64,000 nt of DNA, from the NCBI GenBank assembly GCA_043228905.1, contig JBHGNT010000015.1:1798001-1862000 (forward strand), in the 5' to 3' direction. The notes under the pieces were generated by a model that saw only the letters and a list, made by a program, of their open reading frames with translations, searched no databases and had not been told where the DNA came from. Shown here piece after piece: positions 25,896 through 37,408 of the stretch. Position 1 is the first letter of the stretch; every line of letters begins with the position of its first letter. This DNA is from Azolla caroliniana. Taxonomy: Eukaryota > Plantae > Polypodiophyta. Both the position numbers and the translations under genes were made by a program.

Positions 25896-28301
25896 GGACA
25901 AATGGGACGCACATGCTACATACACTTGGCTTTTGGGCAATCCATGGACAGAAGCAAATGGACCGGCCGGCCCGGCCATTCAGAGCGCCCGTTCTAATTT
26001 GGCCGTCTTTCGTGCCAAATATGTCTCTCAACACATAACCGTCCATACATACGCCTATGCGAAAAATAATACATACATGATATCATGTACATAACAAATA
26101 TAAAAATGTAGCGATATACCAATGCATATCCATGTGTCTAAAGGTTATGTATGTGCATAATCTTGATTGAGATGTGTACACGACATGTATGCTACTGTTT
26201 AATGTGTGTTTCTGTCGAGTGAGTATAGGGTGTGCGTGGGACCACATATCTATATCTACATGGGATTCTCCTCCAACCACAAAACGACCGTGTCGCCAAT
26301 TCCAAGGAACAATGTACCTTCTCCCTCTCATTACTCCTCACTCCCTCCTTAATGCTTATTGTCATCTTTCCCACCCCTTCACTTCCTCCCCACTATCGGT
26401 CTATATCTACAAGGTGATTTTATCGCAGAGAAATAGTGCCACTCTAGAAGCTTGTACCTTGTGACTTCACCCCTTGCCTCGTAAACAAATCTTACCAACC
26501 ACCTCGCCGTGAACGTGTCGGAATTTCATAAACTATTCCCTTTGCTCGTGATCTTTTGTCTAGAGTTTCCGTGGTCAATCGACTATCGAAAACCTTTATG
26601 TATGTAGTAGTGTTACCATGCGGATTGTGTACATAGGTTTCCATTAAAGACATATACATACTTTGATCAATTGTTGAAGGGCTTTCCCATCTCGTACTAT
26701 GCTTGTTCTTTTAACATCCCATGGATCAACAAATAATTTGAAAGCTTCCCAAACGTGGGTGTGTTTGTGTTCTTATTCAAGTCTTAAATGAGCACTATGA
26801 ACATAAAATTTGTTCATATTTGGGAGTTTCTCATTACCAATAACATCCCCAAGTGATTATGAGCATGGTGTCCCATGGTTTTGGAACACTAGTTCCTTTA
26901 ATAAATCCGTTAAACAACTCCTTGCCACTTGAATGTTTCAAAGCATCATTTATTGATGCCAATTCAACAAAATCAATATCTCGCCCACTTTTTATAGTAC
27001 AGAAATGCCCTAAATGTTACCATTCATGATAATTCTTGAGCTTTTCATGAGCCCCATGCTAATAGATAATCTTTTCCAAATCATGTCAATTTGTGGTTTG
27101 TAAGGGGTCTAAACTAAGAGTCACACACTAAATGTTGCGTTAGTTAGTGAAATGACATTTTACAATCTCCTAAACATTGTATTACATGGTAAACAAACAA
27201 GAGTTAAGAAACAAGGGGGTAAATATTGTCTTCACATGTTCATTAAATCTTTCTAGAGAAGGGCACCAAATTTAGTACATCACAAAGCCCTAACACATCG
27301 CCGTTTTGACGATATAAACATATAAAAGTAATAAATTATTTACAGGTACAAAAACTAGATTTTATAACCATAAGAGTGACACCAAAAAGATTTTCAAAAA
27401 GGAAAACACCAATATACCCCTAGAATAACCAAATGTTTTTCCAACACTCCAATGTGGAATGATTAGAGAACTCCCTATTTTTTCTGAAATTGCCACATTA
27501 CCCCTACTTTTAAACTGCATTTTTAGTCCAAGTGACTTAACAAAAAGTAGATATCGGATAACAAACACATCTCGAGAAGGTCTTTGAGAAGCGAATTCTA
27601 GATAATTGGGCCAAGCTTTTGTTAAGGGAGTGTTTTGGATAGTGAAGAAATAAAATTTGCAAGTTAATCATCGATTTTGTGAAATGAAAGAGATGAGTAT
27701 TTGAGTTGTATGGGCTAGCACTTCAAAAAATGCAATCATCTACGAGCCAAGTCAATTACGATGAAGAACAGTAGGACCCCCACTTAAACGCCTAATGACT
27801 CAATTAGCAATGGGTGAAAAATCGATTGAACAATAAGCTTAAAGGAGTGAGTAATCTTTATCAATACTGATTGACCTAATTATATTCATCTTCCATTACT
27901 AACGTTCAATAAGCTCAATTTTTTGGTTTCATCCAATATCTTGAATTGGCTCTAATCCCAATTATGCAATTAATGTCATTAATCACCTAATCACTCGGTT
28001 CTAATTGAGTAGTTTCCAAATATTATCTAATTGGTAGCAAACAACCCAATCAAAGAAAAGCTAATTCAATTACAAATAATCAATGTAGTAAAGAAGGTAG
28101 TATTATGGTAATTTCAGAAAATGCAATAAGTAGTTTGGTAATCTTTACAAAAAAGAAGCTATGTCTCCATAGCCGCGAGGGAGGCATGGCCCTTTGAAAG
28201 TGTAGCTTTATGTAGCAAAGCACAAGCTTTACCATCACACCATCATGTTTACATGATTGAATTTTACAATTTCAATAAGGTACCCTTGTGAATTTATTTA
28301 A

Positions 28302-28613
28302 GGGAAAAGTACCAGGATACCCCTGGAAGTTCGTCTATTTACCAAAATGCCCTTAGAAGTTCCAAATTTACCAAACTACCCCTATGTCCAAAAAATTACA
28401 CTTTATAAAGTAATATACACTCAAATCTACAAGCCCTATTTACCAAAGATGGAAGAAATGGACCCAAACTAACCCTATTTACCAAATATTTGAGTGTATA
28501 ATTATTTTATAAAGTGTAATTTTTTGGACATAGGGGTAGTTTGGTAAATTTGAAACTTCTAGGGGCATTCTGGTAAATAGATGAACTTCCAGGGGTATCC
28601 TGGTACTCTTCCC
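28302..28613. mobile_element. Mutator-like (MULE) fold-back MITE
   Basis: ~125-bp terminal inverted repeats (28302-28426, 28488-28613; GGGAAAAGTACCAGG...CCTGGTACTCTTCCC) and 9-bp TSD TTTATTTAA (28293-28301, 28614-28622). Confidence 0.95.
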
Positions 28614-29204
28614 TTTATTTAACAAAAACATGCCTTTAACTCGGTCGTTTTAAATTAATCACATGAAACTGTATAGGATTGCTACCATCAATGACGCTCA
28701 AAAGCACCAAAATATAGCTATAGTTGTCATGAGAATCCATCCATATTTTCATGCAGTTTATAATCCCAAATCCACACCCACTTGTATTGAAGCAGGATTG
28801 TTTATAGCACCTTCTTTGCAGATTACAGAAAGATTGCAAAGCTTCATTCCTTGCAAGATCTTCGAGAATGATTTCATTGGCCTCTTGCTCTTCGATGGTA
28901 CTCTAAGAGTAATGCTGTTTCTGCTTTCCATTACCTCAAGATTGAATACTTATCACCCAACACTAAGTTTAAAAAGATTGCACAAGCAGTACAAGTTGGT
29001 GAATTTTTTATTGAAATAATTATAGTATTATGATGATACCGTGAGGGTTCTTCCATTCAGGTCTTTTAATAAGAACCAATCTCCTCATCTACATAAAGAA
29101 TAGTTGTGCCAGGGCCTACAAAGCACATAACCCAAGGCAAGAATTGCTGTGCACAAGCCTAGATTAGTAAAGAACAATAATGAATGTTAATATTATATTA
29201 CACT

Positions 29205-32200
29205 TTAATAGTTATCTTTACAAGAGCATATCCCATCTTGGAAGTGATGAATACAATATGCATCTGACACTATAATATCTCGCATTTCAATCTTTGATAT
29301 GAACTTGGTTGCTAAATGGCAGTCAGCACACATACGAAGATTCTTCGACACACGCAATGTTGTGCCAGGTGTTGAAGAAATCAGCCCAAATGCTATTGCC
29401 AGCTTCTCACAATGTCCACAAAGAAGGCTTTCAACGTCTTCTGAATTTTTGTCCAGCAAGAAGTCTACTTGTGGCTCATATCCACGGTCTTTCATTTCAA
29501 TGCTCAAGCTATTAAGTTTAGCATATATAGCATTTGTTTCGGAGTGGCTCCTATCTCCTACATTGAAAGAGTGAATTTGCCCATTGACTTGAGTATAGGC
29601 TTTACCTGGTTTTTTCCAAGCATTTGCTCTACATCTTAGTTCTTCAACCTCGTGTGCATCCTTTTTAAGGCCTAAACATGTATAGATACTCGACATAAGG
29701 ACGAAGGGTGCCGCATTACCACGCTCAAGAACAACAACTCGGTCGAAACATATCCTTCCTACCAGTACATTTCCATATTTCCTACACATACTAAGCAAAC
29801 AAGTCCAACCAATCACGTCAGGCACCATCGATATGCTTTCGAGCAAGTCCAAGGCTTCATTCAATAGTCCCGCATGACCAAGGAGATCTACCAGTGCGTT
29901 ATAATGCTTGATAGTGGGGAAGATTCCATGATCTTGAATGATAGCCTTGAGTAACATACATGATTGATTGATCGACCCCATTCTTCGGCATGAGCACATG
30001 ACCTTAAGAAGTGTCTCCTCATCTGGCTTCAATCCTGCCTCTTGCATATCCACCATGAGTTGGAAAGCTTTATTATGATTCCCATGTTGAGCATAACCTC
30101 CAATCAAGGCGTTCCATGTAAGAATGCTTTCTCCTTGAATTCTATTGAATATTGCATCTGCCATGTCAAGGCTACCACATTTTGCATACATATCAATAAG
30201 AACACCAGCAATGAATGCAGTTTCTATTCCACTTTCTATGATATAAATGTGGATCTGTCTTCCCTGTTCCAAGGCCGACATTTTCATGCATGCTTGTAGA
30301 GCACATGATATACTAATTAGCGTTGGTTCAAGACCCCTTTTTTGCATAGATTGGAAGAGATGGAGAGCTTCCATACAATATCCATACTCTATATAACCTG
30401 ACATCAATGAAGTCCACGTTACAATATCTAGTCGGGGTAATCTCTGAAAGACTATCGATGCATTACTCACACATCCCCATTCAGCATACATGCCAACAAG
30501 AGCACTGCCAATATATAAATTTTCCTCAAACCCACATTCAATTATAAGGGCATGTATGCATAAACCATGATATGTTTTAACCAGTTTCTTACAAGCTTTC
30601 AGAAGATAAACGAATGTTGTCGTAGTTGGTTTAGTTCCTTTACATTGCATCTGCTCGAAAAGCTTGAGGATGTCCTTATCTTTGTCATGCTCACTATAAG
30701 CCCCAATTAATACATTCCAACTAACATCATCTTGTGTTAGAATCCTATTAAACATGATACATGCATCTTCGAGATTCCCACACTTGCCATACATATCAAT
30801 CAACGTATTAGCCAAAGATACATCTAAACCCATGCCTAGTTCAATTAAATGAGCATGAATATGCCTACCTTGGCACAAACCTTCTGGAACAGAGCAAGCT
30901 TTTAAAGTGCATAAAAAGGTAGACTCCAATGGTTGGATACCCTCTTGTTGCATGCGGTTGAAAATTTGGAACGCTTCTTGGTAAAACCCATGTTGTACGT
31001 ACCCTGTGGCCAATGATGTCCATGTCACAACATCAGGTGTTGCGACTTTATTAAACATATTATTGCCAGCCTTTAGGTCTCCACATTTAGCATACATATC
31101 TATGATTGCATTACTAATATTCAAAACACTCTCAAAACCACTTTCAAGTATGGCCATGTGTACCTGTTTCGCGTGCTCAGAATCTCCAAAGCTGGACAAA
31201 AGCTTCAAAATTGAGAGAAAAGTAACCGAATCAGGCTTGAAACCATGTTCCTGCATTCTTTCCAGATAGAAAATAGCTTTGTGAAAATATCCATGCTTGA
31301 TATGTGACGAAATGAGGGTATTCCATGTTACCATGTTTCTTTGACACATGCTATGAAAAATTATGCATCCATCTTCTAAATTACCACACTTAGAATACAT
31401 GTCGATAAGGGAATTCCCAACAGCTACATTCAATACAAGGCCATTTTCAACGGCATAGGCATGCATTTCTCTACCTTTATTATAATTGGCAACGGAGGCA
31501 CAACCCTTGAGAATGCATATGAATGTGACTTCATCAGGGTCAACATGTTGAATTCTCATTTTCCCAAGAGCTACCAAAGCATCCGAAATGCATTCAGACT
31601 TAACATACCCAGTGATAATTGCATTCCACACCACTACATTTCTCATAGTCATCTTATCAAATAATATACAAGATTCTGATAGGCAAAAGCATGTGGCATA
31701 CATGTTAATAAGAGAACATCCAATGAACATGTTCAGCTCCAATCCACATTCAATCAAATGAGCATGCATTTGAAGCAAACAACGTTTGCTTGTACATGCT
31801 TTTATAAGAGCAACAAATGTGAAACTATCTGGTGTCACATTGAGTTGTCTCATTTTCTCGTAGCATTCAAATGCTTCTTTAGTTTTTCCAAGGCTTACAT
31901 GTTCAACAATAGTTTCAGTATACATAGAGAAATCATGTCGATGCATTTCTACCTTGAAATGTGTATCCTGTTCCATGCCTCCTGTGTTGTTAACACGCAG
32001 ATTCTCATATGCGCCTCTGCTCTTAGATTCGATCTGTAAAATGGGATCCCTGCAAGATTGAAATCTTGTGAAGACAGGGATTGTATGGTTTAAAGAGGAA
32101 GGACAAGGGATGAAGAAGATACCTGAAAGGGAGGGCTCTATGGGCATGGCGTCGATGATCCAAATCAAGCAGGGGCAGTGTGGTGGGTATGGCGATGCAG

Positions 32201-32208
32201 GAACTCAT
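29205..32208 (-). CDS. PLS-class PPR protein with E and DYW (KP-type) domains; organellar RNA editing factor (976 aa)
   Basis: Exon 1 32208-32123 (MSSCIAIP...), 73-bp GT-AG phase-2 intron, exon 2 32049-29205; about 7 PLS triplets; C-terminus WKKPGKAY...LCGHCEKLAIAFGL...KNLRMCADCH...HHFQDGICSCKDNY. Confidence 0.93.
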
Positions 32209-33829
32209 GACGGATCGACGAGCTTAAACCCGCGGGGTATTAGAAAGCCTTGAGACGCCATAGCTCCTCATCCTTCTTCGCCCACAAACGCAGAGAAGAG
32301 AAACAGAAACAGAAACAGAGGATATGTATTTGTATTGTCAGGAAATTGGGAAATCTGGTTTCACACTGGGGCGGACGAAATTGCATCCCAGGAATTTGGG
32401 AAGTCTGGTTTCACACTTGGCCGGACGAAAACGAAATTGAATCACCGTGTCGGAGTCCTCGATGAGGAATTATTCAGACCCCGCAAGCGCCCGAGAAAAC
32501 ACATAATCCAGTAAGTCTTCATTGTTTCCGAACGGTCGCTTTGTCTCTCTTGTCCCGCTTTCTCTAACTAAAGAAGCTCTCAATCATTGTACTTCTCAAA
32601 TTCTCATAGTAATTCTAATACCGAGAAACCTTTCCCTCCTTTCTCGGTCCATTTGAGAAAGGTCTTCTTCATAAGTGTAGACTTGCTATCATCAAAGCAT
32701 ATACTTGTCTAATAATGCTTGACAAAACCCACTCCAATCTACATGAAATCTTTCTTGAAATTTCGTTACCTTTACTCGAACCTCTACAATCACCATTCAA
32801 TTGAATTGAGCCACCATGTGTAGCTCATTTGCACCTTTATTGGCCATTTCATAATCATAAACCTCCAGAAATCTCCTGATTTCGTCACCTTTGTTGGCGA
32901 TTTCGTAATACGTAACTAGATTGCTCAGGTGTTAGTAGATCATGGAACTATTTACCATGACTTCTCATGTGATTGGATGCACTTGAATCTATGAACCATA
33001 CATCCTTGACTTTGCTAGTGATTTCCTTGTGCTTCATCACAAACAAGCCTTACTAGCCATCAGGATCAGAATTGGCAACATAATTAGTGATTTTCTAACC
33101 GTTGATGGTATCGCTTTTCTTTTTACAACAATCCACCTCGATATGGTCAAGCTTACTCTTACTATAATATTGACAGTACATTTGTTTTGGTGATTTTCTT
33201 AACCTTCAAAAGTCCCTCTTCTTTTAGGGTTTCCGCTTCCGCTTCAACTATCATGTTAGGAGTTGGATGTTTATGCATTGTCCTATTTGTTGCCCAATCT
33301 TCTTCGTCTTCCATGGTCTAAATTGCCATTTGAGTGTGTGTAGAGCATTTGGCTATCCGTGGTTGTGCACTTTATCCCATTGTTTTGATTTTACTTCGTC
33401 GGTGACATAGATTAAATATTGAAAAAATGTGTTTTTTCCCTTGTAAAAATGACTATCCTTAACATACCAAACCAATATGAAAGACAACCAAGACAGAGGC
33501 CTCACACTTCTTTGTATTGGAGTACACAAACTAGATATTGAAGTTTCATTATGGCGTCAAAATGCATCAATATAAAAGCATGTAAGTTATGCGAGGGAGG
33601 GCTAGTAGAGGATGAATACCCCTTTTTTTACATGCTCAACATATATAGCAATTCGTGAAAACCATGATGACATATTAAGAGGGGGTGATTATTTGAGTGT
33701 CACACTAAACAAAACACCCAATAGGTTGACCTCATACTTGTATGCTTCATTCCCATATCAAGACTTTGTACTTCAAAGTATAAATATCCCTTATTAGGAT
33801 GGAGACACACATTAAGAAAACTTAGTATG

Positions 33830-34280
33830 TACTTAGCTCTTGTAGGTCAATATTGGCCTCTTTATGCATGTTGAAAAAATATATCTATCTTTCTACCTAT
33901 AGAGGCAATCAAATCACATGATGACTTGATCTTAAGGGTATTGTCATTGATTGGCATACTCTGTTGTTTAATATTGTTCAACTCTTGTTGGAGTTGAGGG
34001 TTGTGAGTGGTTGTGTTGGTGGTAAAGATAATTATGTTTTAACATGCTTCCTTTCTTTAGATATCGCATAGCCAAGCATGTGGTGTTGGATACAAGTTAT
34101 GAGGTAGTACATCCTGGATAGTTGGTGTCCATTATTTCGGGCAACTTTTCGAGGTCCCCTTCAATGTATCCCCAATAGCCTTGTATGACAAGGTATTGGT
34201 GCATCTTGTTCTTCTATGATGCGAAGTTGTGATCAAAATTCACTAAGGGATATAGCTACCCATTTCTTTATCCATCTTAT
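33830..34280 (-). pseudogene. Copia gag relic
   Basis: Minus-strand translation NFAS*KNKMHQYLVIQGYWGYIEG and QLQQELNNIKQQSMPINDNTLKIKSSCDLIASI resembles copia Gag N-termini. Confidence 0.7.
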
Positions 34281-34895
34281 TGATTACAATTTCTTCTTCA
34301 CATTATGTTGACTTCTTCCAATATTCTCAAAATAAAAACATGGTGAGCCCCACAATCGAGTTGAGTAGCCTTACTACATTTGTAGTCGAATGCATAGATG
34401 CATATGAGCCAGTTATTCTTTAACGATGGCATCAAACACAACACATGGAGTAGATGGGTTATGATGTTCACACCCTCATCCTCTGACACAATGTAAGTTA
34501 TGAGGTAGTACATCCTGGATAGTTGGTGTCCATTATTTCGGGCAACTTTTCGAGGTCCCCTTCAATGTATCCCCAATAGCCTTGTATGACAAGGTATTGG
34601 TGCATCTTGTTCTTCTATGATGCGAAGTTGTGATCAAAATTCACTAAGGGATATAACTACCCATTTCTTTATCCATCTTATTGATTACAATTTCTTCTTC
34701 ACATTATGTTGACTTCTTCCAATATTCTCAAAATAAAAACATGGTGAGCCCCACAATCGAGTTGAGTAGCCTTACTACATTTGTAGTCGAATGCATAGAT
34801 GCATATGAGCAAGTTATTCTTTAATGATGGCATCAAACACAACACATGGAGTAGATGGGTTATGATGTTCACACCCTCATCCTCTGACACAATGT
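34094..34895. repeat. 401-bp tandem duplication
   Basis: Copies 34094-34494 and 34495-34895; three substitutions noticed by eye. Confidence 0.95.
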
Positions 34896-34941
34896 GAATA
34901 ATTAAAGAACATGATGGCAACTCTCACATAATGGAGTAGAG

Positions 34942-34981
<40 letters not shown>

Positions 34982-35009
34982 GAGAGAGAGAGAGAGAGAG
35001 AGAGTCCAG

Positions 35010-35080
35010 ATGGATGTAGCTCAGTTGGTAAGGTTGTCCAATGGAGACCAGGTGGTCATGGGTTCAACCCCTACATTCTA
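35010..35080 (+). other. tRNA-derived relic (pseudo-tRNA or SINE head)
   Basis: A-box TAGCTCAGTTGG and B-box GGTTCAACCCC at tRNA spacing; anticodon and acceptor stems do not pair well; follows (TG)n(AG)n. Confidence 0.55.
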
Positions 35081-36296
35081 CTATGGCATTTAGTGAATTA
35101 AGAGATATATAAGAAGTATATAATAGAGAGATGAAGAAGTTGGATTTCGACCCCACAACGCAATGTAAATTTGCAAATCCCAAGAAATACTTGACATTAT
35201 GCACTAAAAGTGGTGTCTCCCACTCCAAAACAATTTAAATCTTTGTTGAATCATTAGAGAGAATTTTTGGCAAAACCATGTATACAGTATGCCCAACAAT
35301 TCCACTTGGTTCTAGTTGGAACTACACTTCTCTAGCATATTCTCACAACAATTGTAAAACTTTGCAAACATGGATAGCATGCCAGCTCTAGAATCTCTAA
35401 AAATATCATAATATCATGATGATGGTGAAGATATTAGGGAGATCTAGAAACATAACATTTGCCACATATGAAACAATTGTTGGCACACTCATGAGACTAA
35501 AAGCCATAACTATGTACTTGATTTGTTTATATGAATGCAAAAATAGTATTCCAAGCATCCCTGAGACGAATCCTAACAAAGTTAGGGTGTGGAATATTTT
35601 GTTCCTATTAAGATGTGCTAAAAAGACTTGAGGTCAATGGGAGAGCATACATGTTATGAAAATGGACCTTATTCAACTCTCCATAATTCATATCTAAGCG
35701 AATCTTCTTACAAAAGAAGATTGGGGTACACTAGTAGGGGATGTAGAAACTTATGTGGTGTTGTCAAATCTGCAAATGGAAATAGAAAACACAATTACTA
35801 CAAAGCTAGATTGGGAACCCCCCCCTAGATCTCGACAACCCATATTCAAAGGTTATAAAATGAGAAATTTAATTATTTTTCTTTTACATTTCCTATTCCT
35901 ATTTAGTATTGTTTTTATGTTGAGTTGTGTGGGTTTGAACCCGAATGGTCTCTCAAGGTTAAAACCCTCCTATAAATAACATCTCTAATTCTATGCATGC
36001 TTAGCATTTAGCCTTCATCTATTCTTGCCACTTGGCTAGCGTGTTTGTTTGCCATCATGCAAAAGGGTATAATAGTTATTATATAGAAGGTTCCAATGGT
36101 TGTCATGAATACAATAGAGCATGTTGAGTGGGGTAATGATAAGTAATTATCATAGTCTTGGGTTGAAGTACCCCAAAACATATTTCTTTTGGATGATCAT
36201 GACACACACACACTCAACATCTAAAGCTTTTTTTGAGTCATATGTTTCTTTGAAGATGATCCAATCATCAAGGAGAATAGTTCAAAGCTACAAAAT

Positions 36297-36530
36297 CTAG
36301 AAGAATCCCTTGGCAAAAATATCTTTCCTCATTAGTTCCTTTGAGAAAGTAGTAAACGTTTTACTTATCTGAAAATGAGTACATGACTTGATCACTAGAT
36401 AATCGATCTTCACTTCCTCAAAAACTCCTAGCCCTACAAGCATGCTTACATAACCAAATGTTATTGAGGTCTTGTTCTCGTCAGTTGTCTTGTTAGGTTG
36501 GAAATACAAAACCAGTGGCAAATAATTCTC
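36297..36530 (-). pseudogene. Decayed DNA transposase fragment (Sola-like DDD motif region)
   Basis: LVLYFQPNKTTDENKTSITFGYVSMLVGLGVFEEVKIDYLV...TH...FS resembles the pattern LYLQLDN..RENKN....LV..GVF..V...FL.VGHTH.DID..FS; catalytic residues eroded. Confidence 0.5.
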
Positions 36531-37408
36531 CCCAAACTTTGAGAACTTTGGTAGATGTAATGGCCCAAGTTGAGACCATTATGAACCTTTAGACATGTCA
36601 TAAAAATAGTTGGGGAACTTTGCCACTATGTAGATGACATACCACCAAATATATTTGGGCTAATTATGTTTCCTAATCAACATTCTTTTGAAAACAAGAG
36701 AGTGTGGCAAACATTAGAGGTGTATCACTCATATAGTTAGATTACTAGGATAGTAGAATGTGAGCATGGCCTAAGAGAGAAAAACACTACTATGCTCCTT
36801 ATTAAAATCCACAATTAATTGATTTCCAAATATTTTGGTTGAAATTTAAGTTAGAAGGTCAATTAATTACGAAAACTCCTACAATGCATCAGGTACATCA
36901 TCAATGTTTTTTAGTAACCGGATGCAAATGCAAAACGTCTTAGTCTCTTGTTTTACCCTAGCTCGCAATAAGGCCTTGTCGCACGAGCAACGAGCAATGC
37001 TAGAAGACTTTTGTAAACGTCTCATTGGCCTAAACCTAAACCTAAACCTAATTGAAATTCAATGTCTATGGGAGCTATTAGTTTACGTAGTGTCCGACAT
37101 TCATCAAGATGTGGATCCAAGCTTATTACATTCATCAATATGTGGCTCCTACTAGCTGGTTTTTGTTATGCATGCCAATGTCCGTCTCTATTGTCGGATT
37201 CCTACATGTGTATCAACAAATGCACTCTAAGGCATTCAATGTTGATTCAATCAACATTTCGATACCCGATAGCCGATGATCATAAGATTGTCAAAGGAAA
37301 AAAACAAGATCGGGTGTGGGTCGATGAATTGTAAGATTCAATTTGAGCTATTTAGCAAAAAAAAAAGTACACATAGAAAACCAGCAAGGGGGGTTTGGGA
37401 GGGGCCGA

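Noticed and set aside
32123-32168. Non-ATG start given in the ORF track for the DYW PPR (MIWIIDA...)
   Set aside because: An ATG exon at 32208 splices in frame through a canonical 73-bp intron.
37029-37051. (CCTAAA)n telomere-like run
   Set aside because: Only 3-4 hexamer units; too short to call an interstitial telomere.
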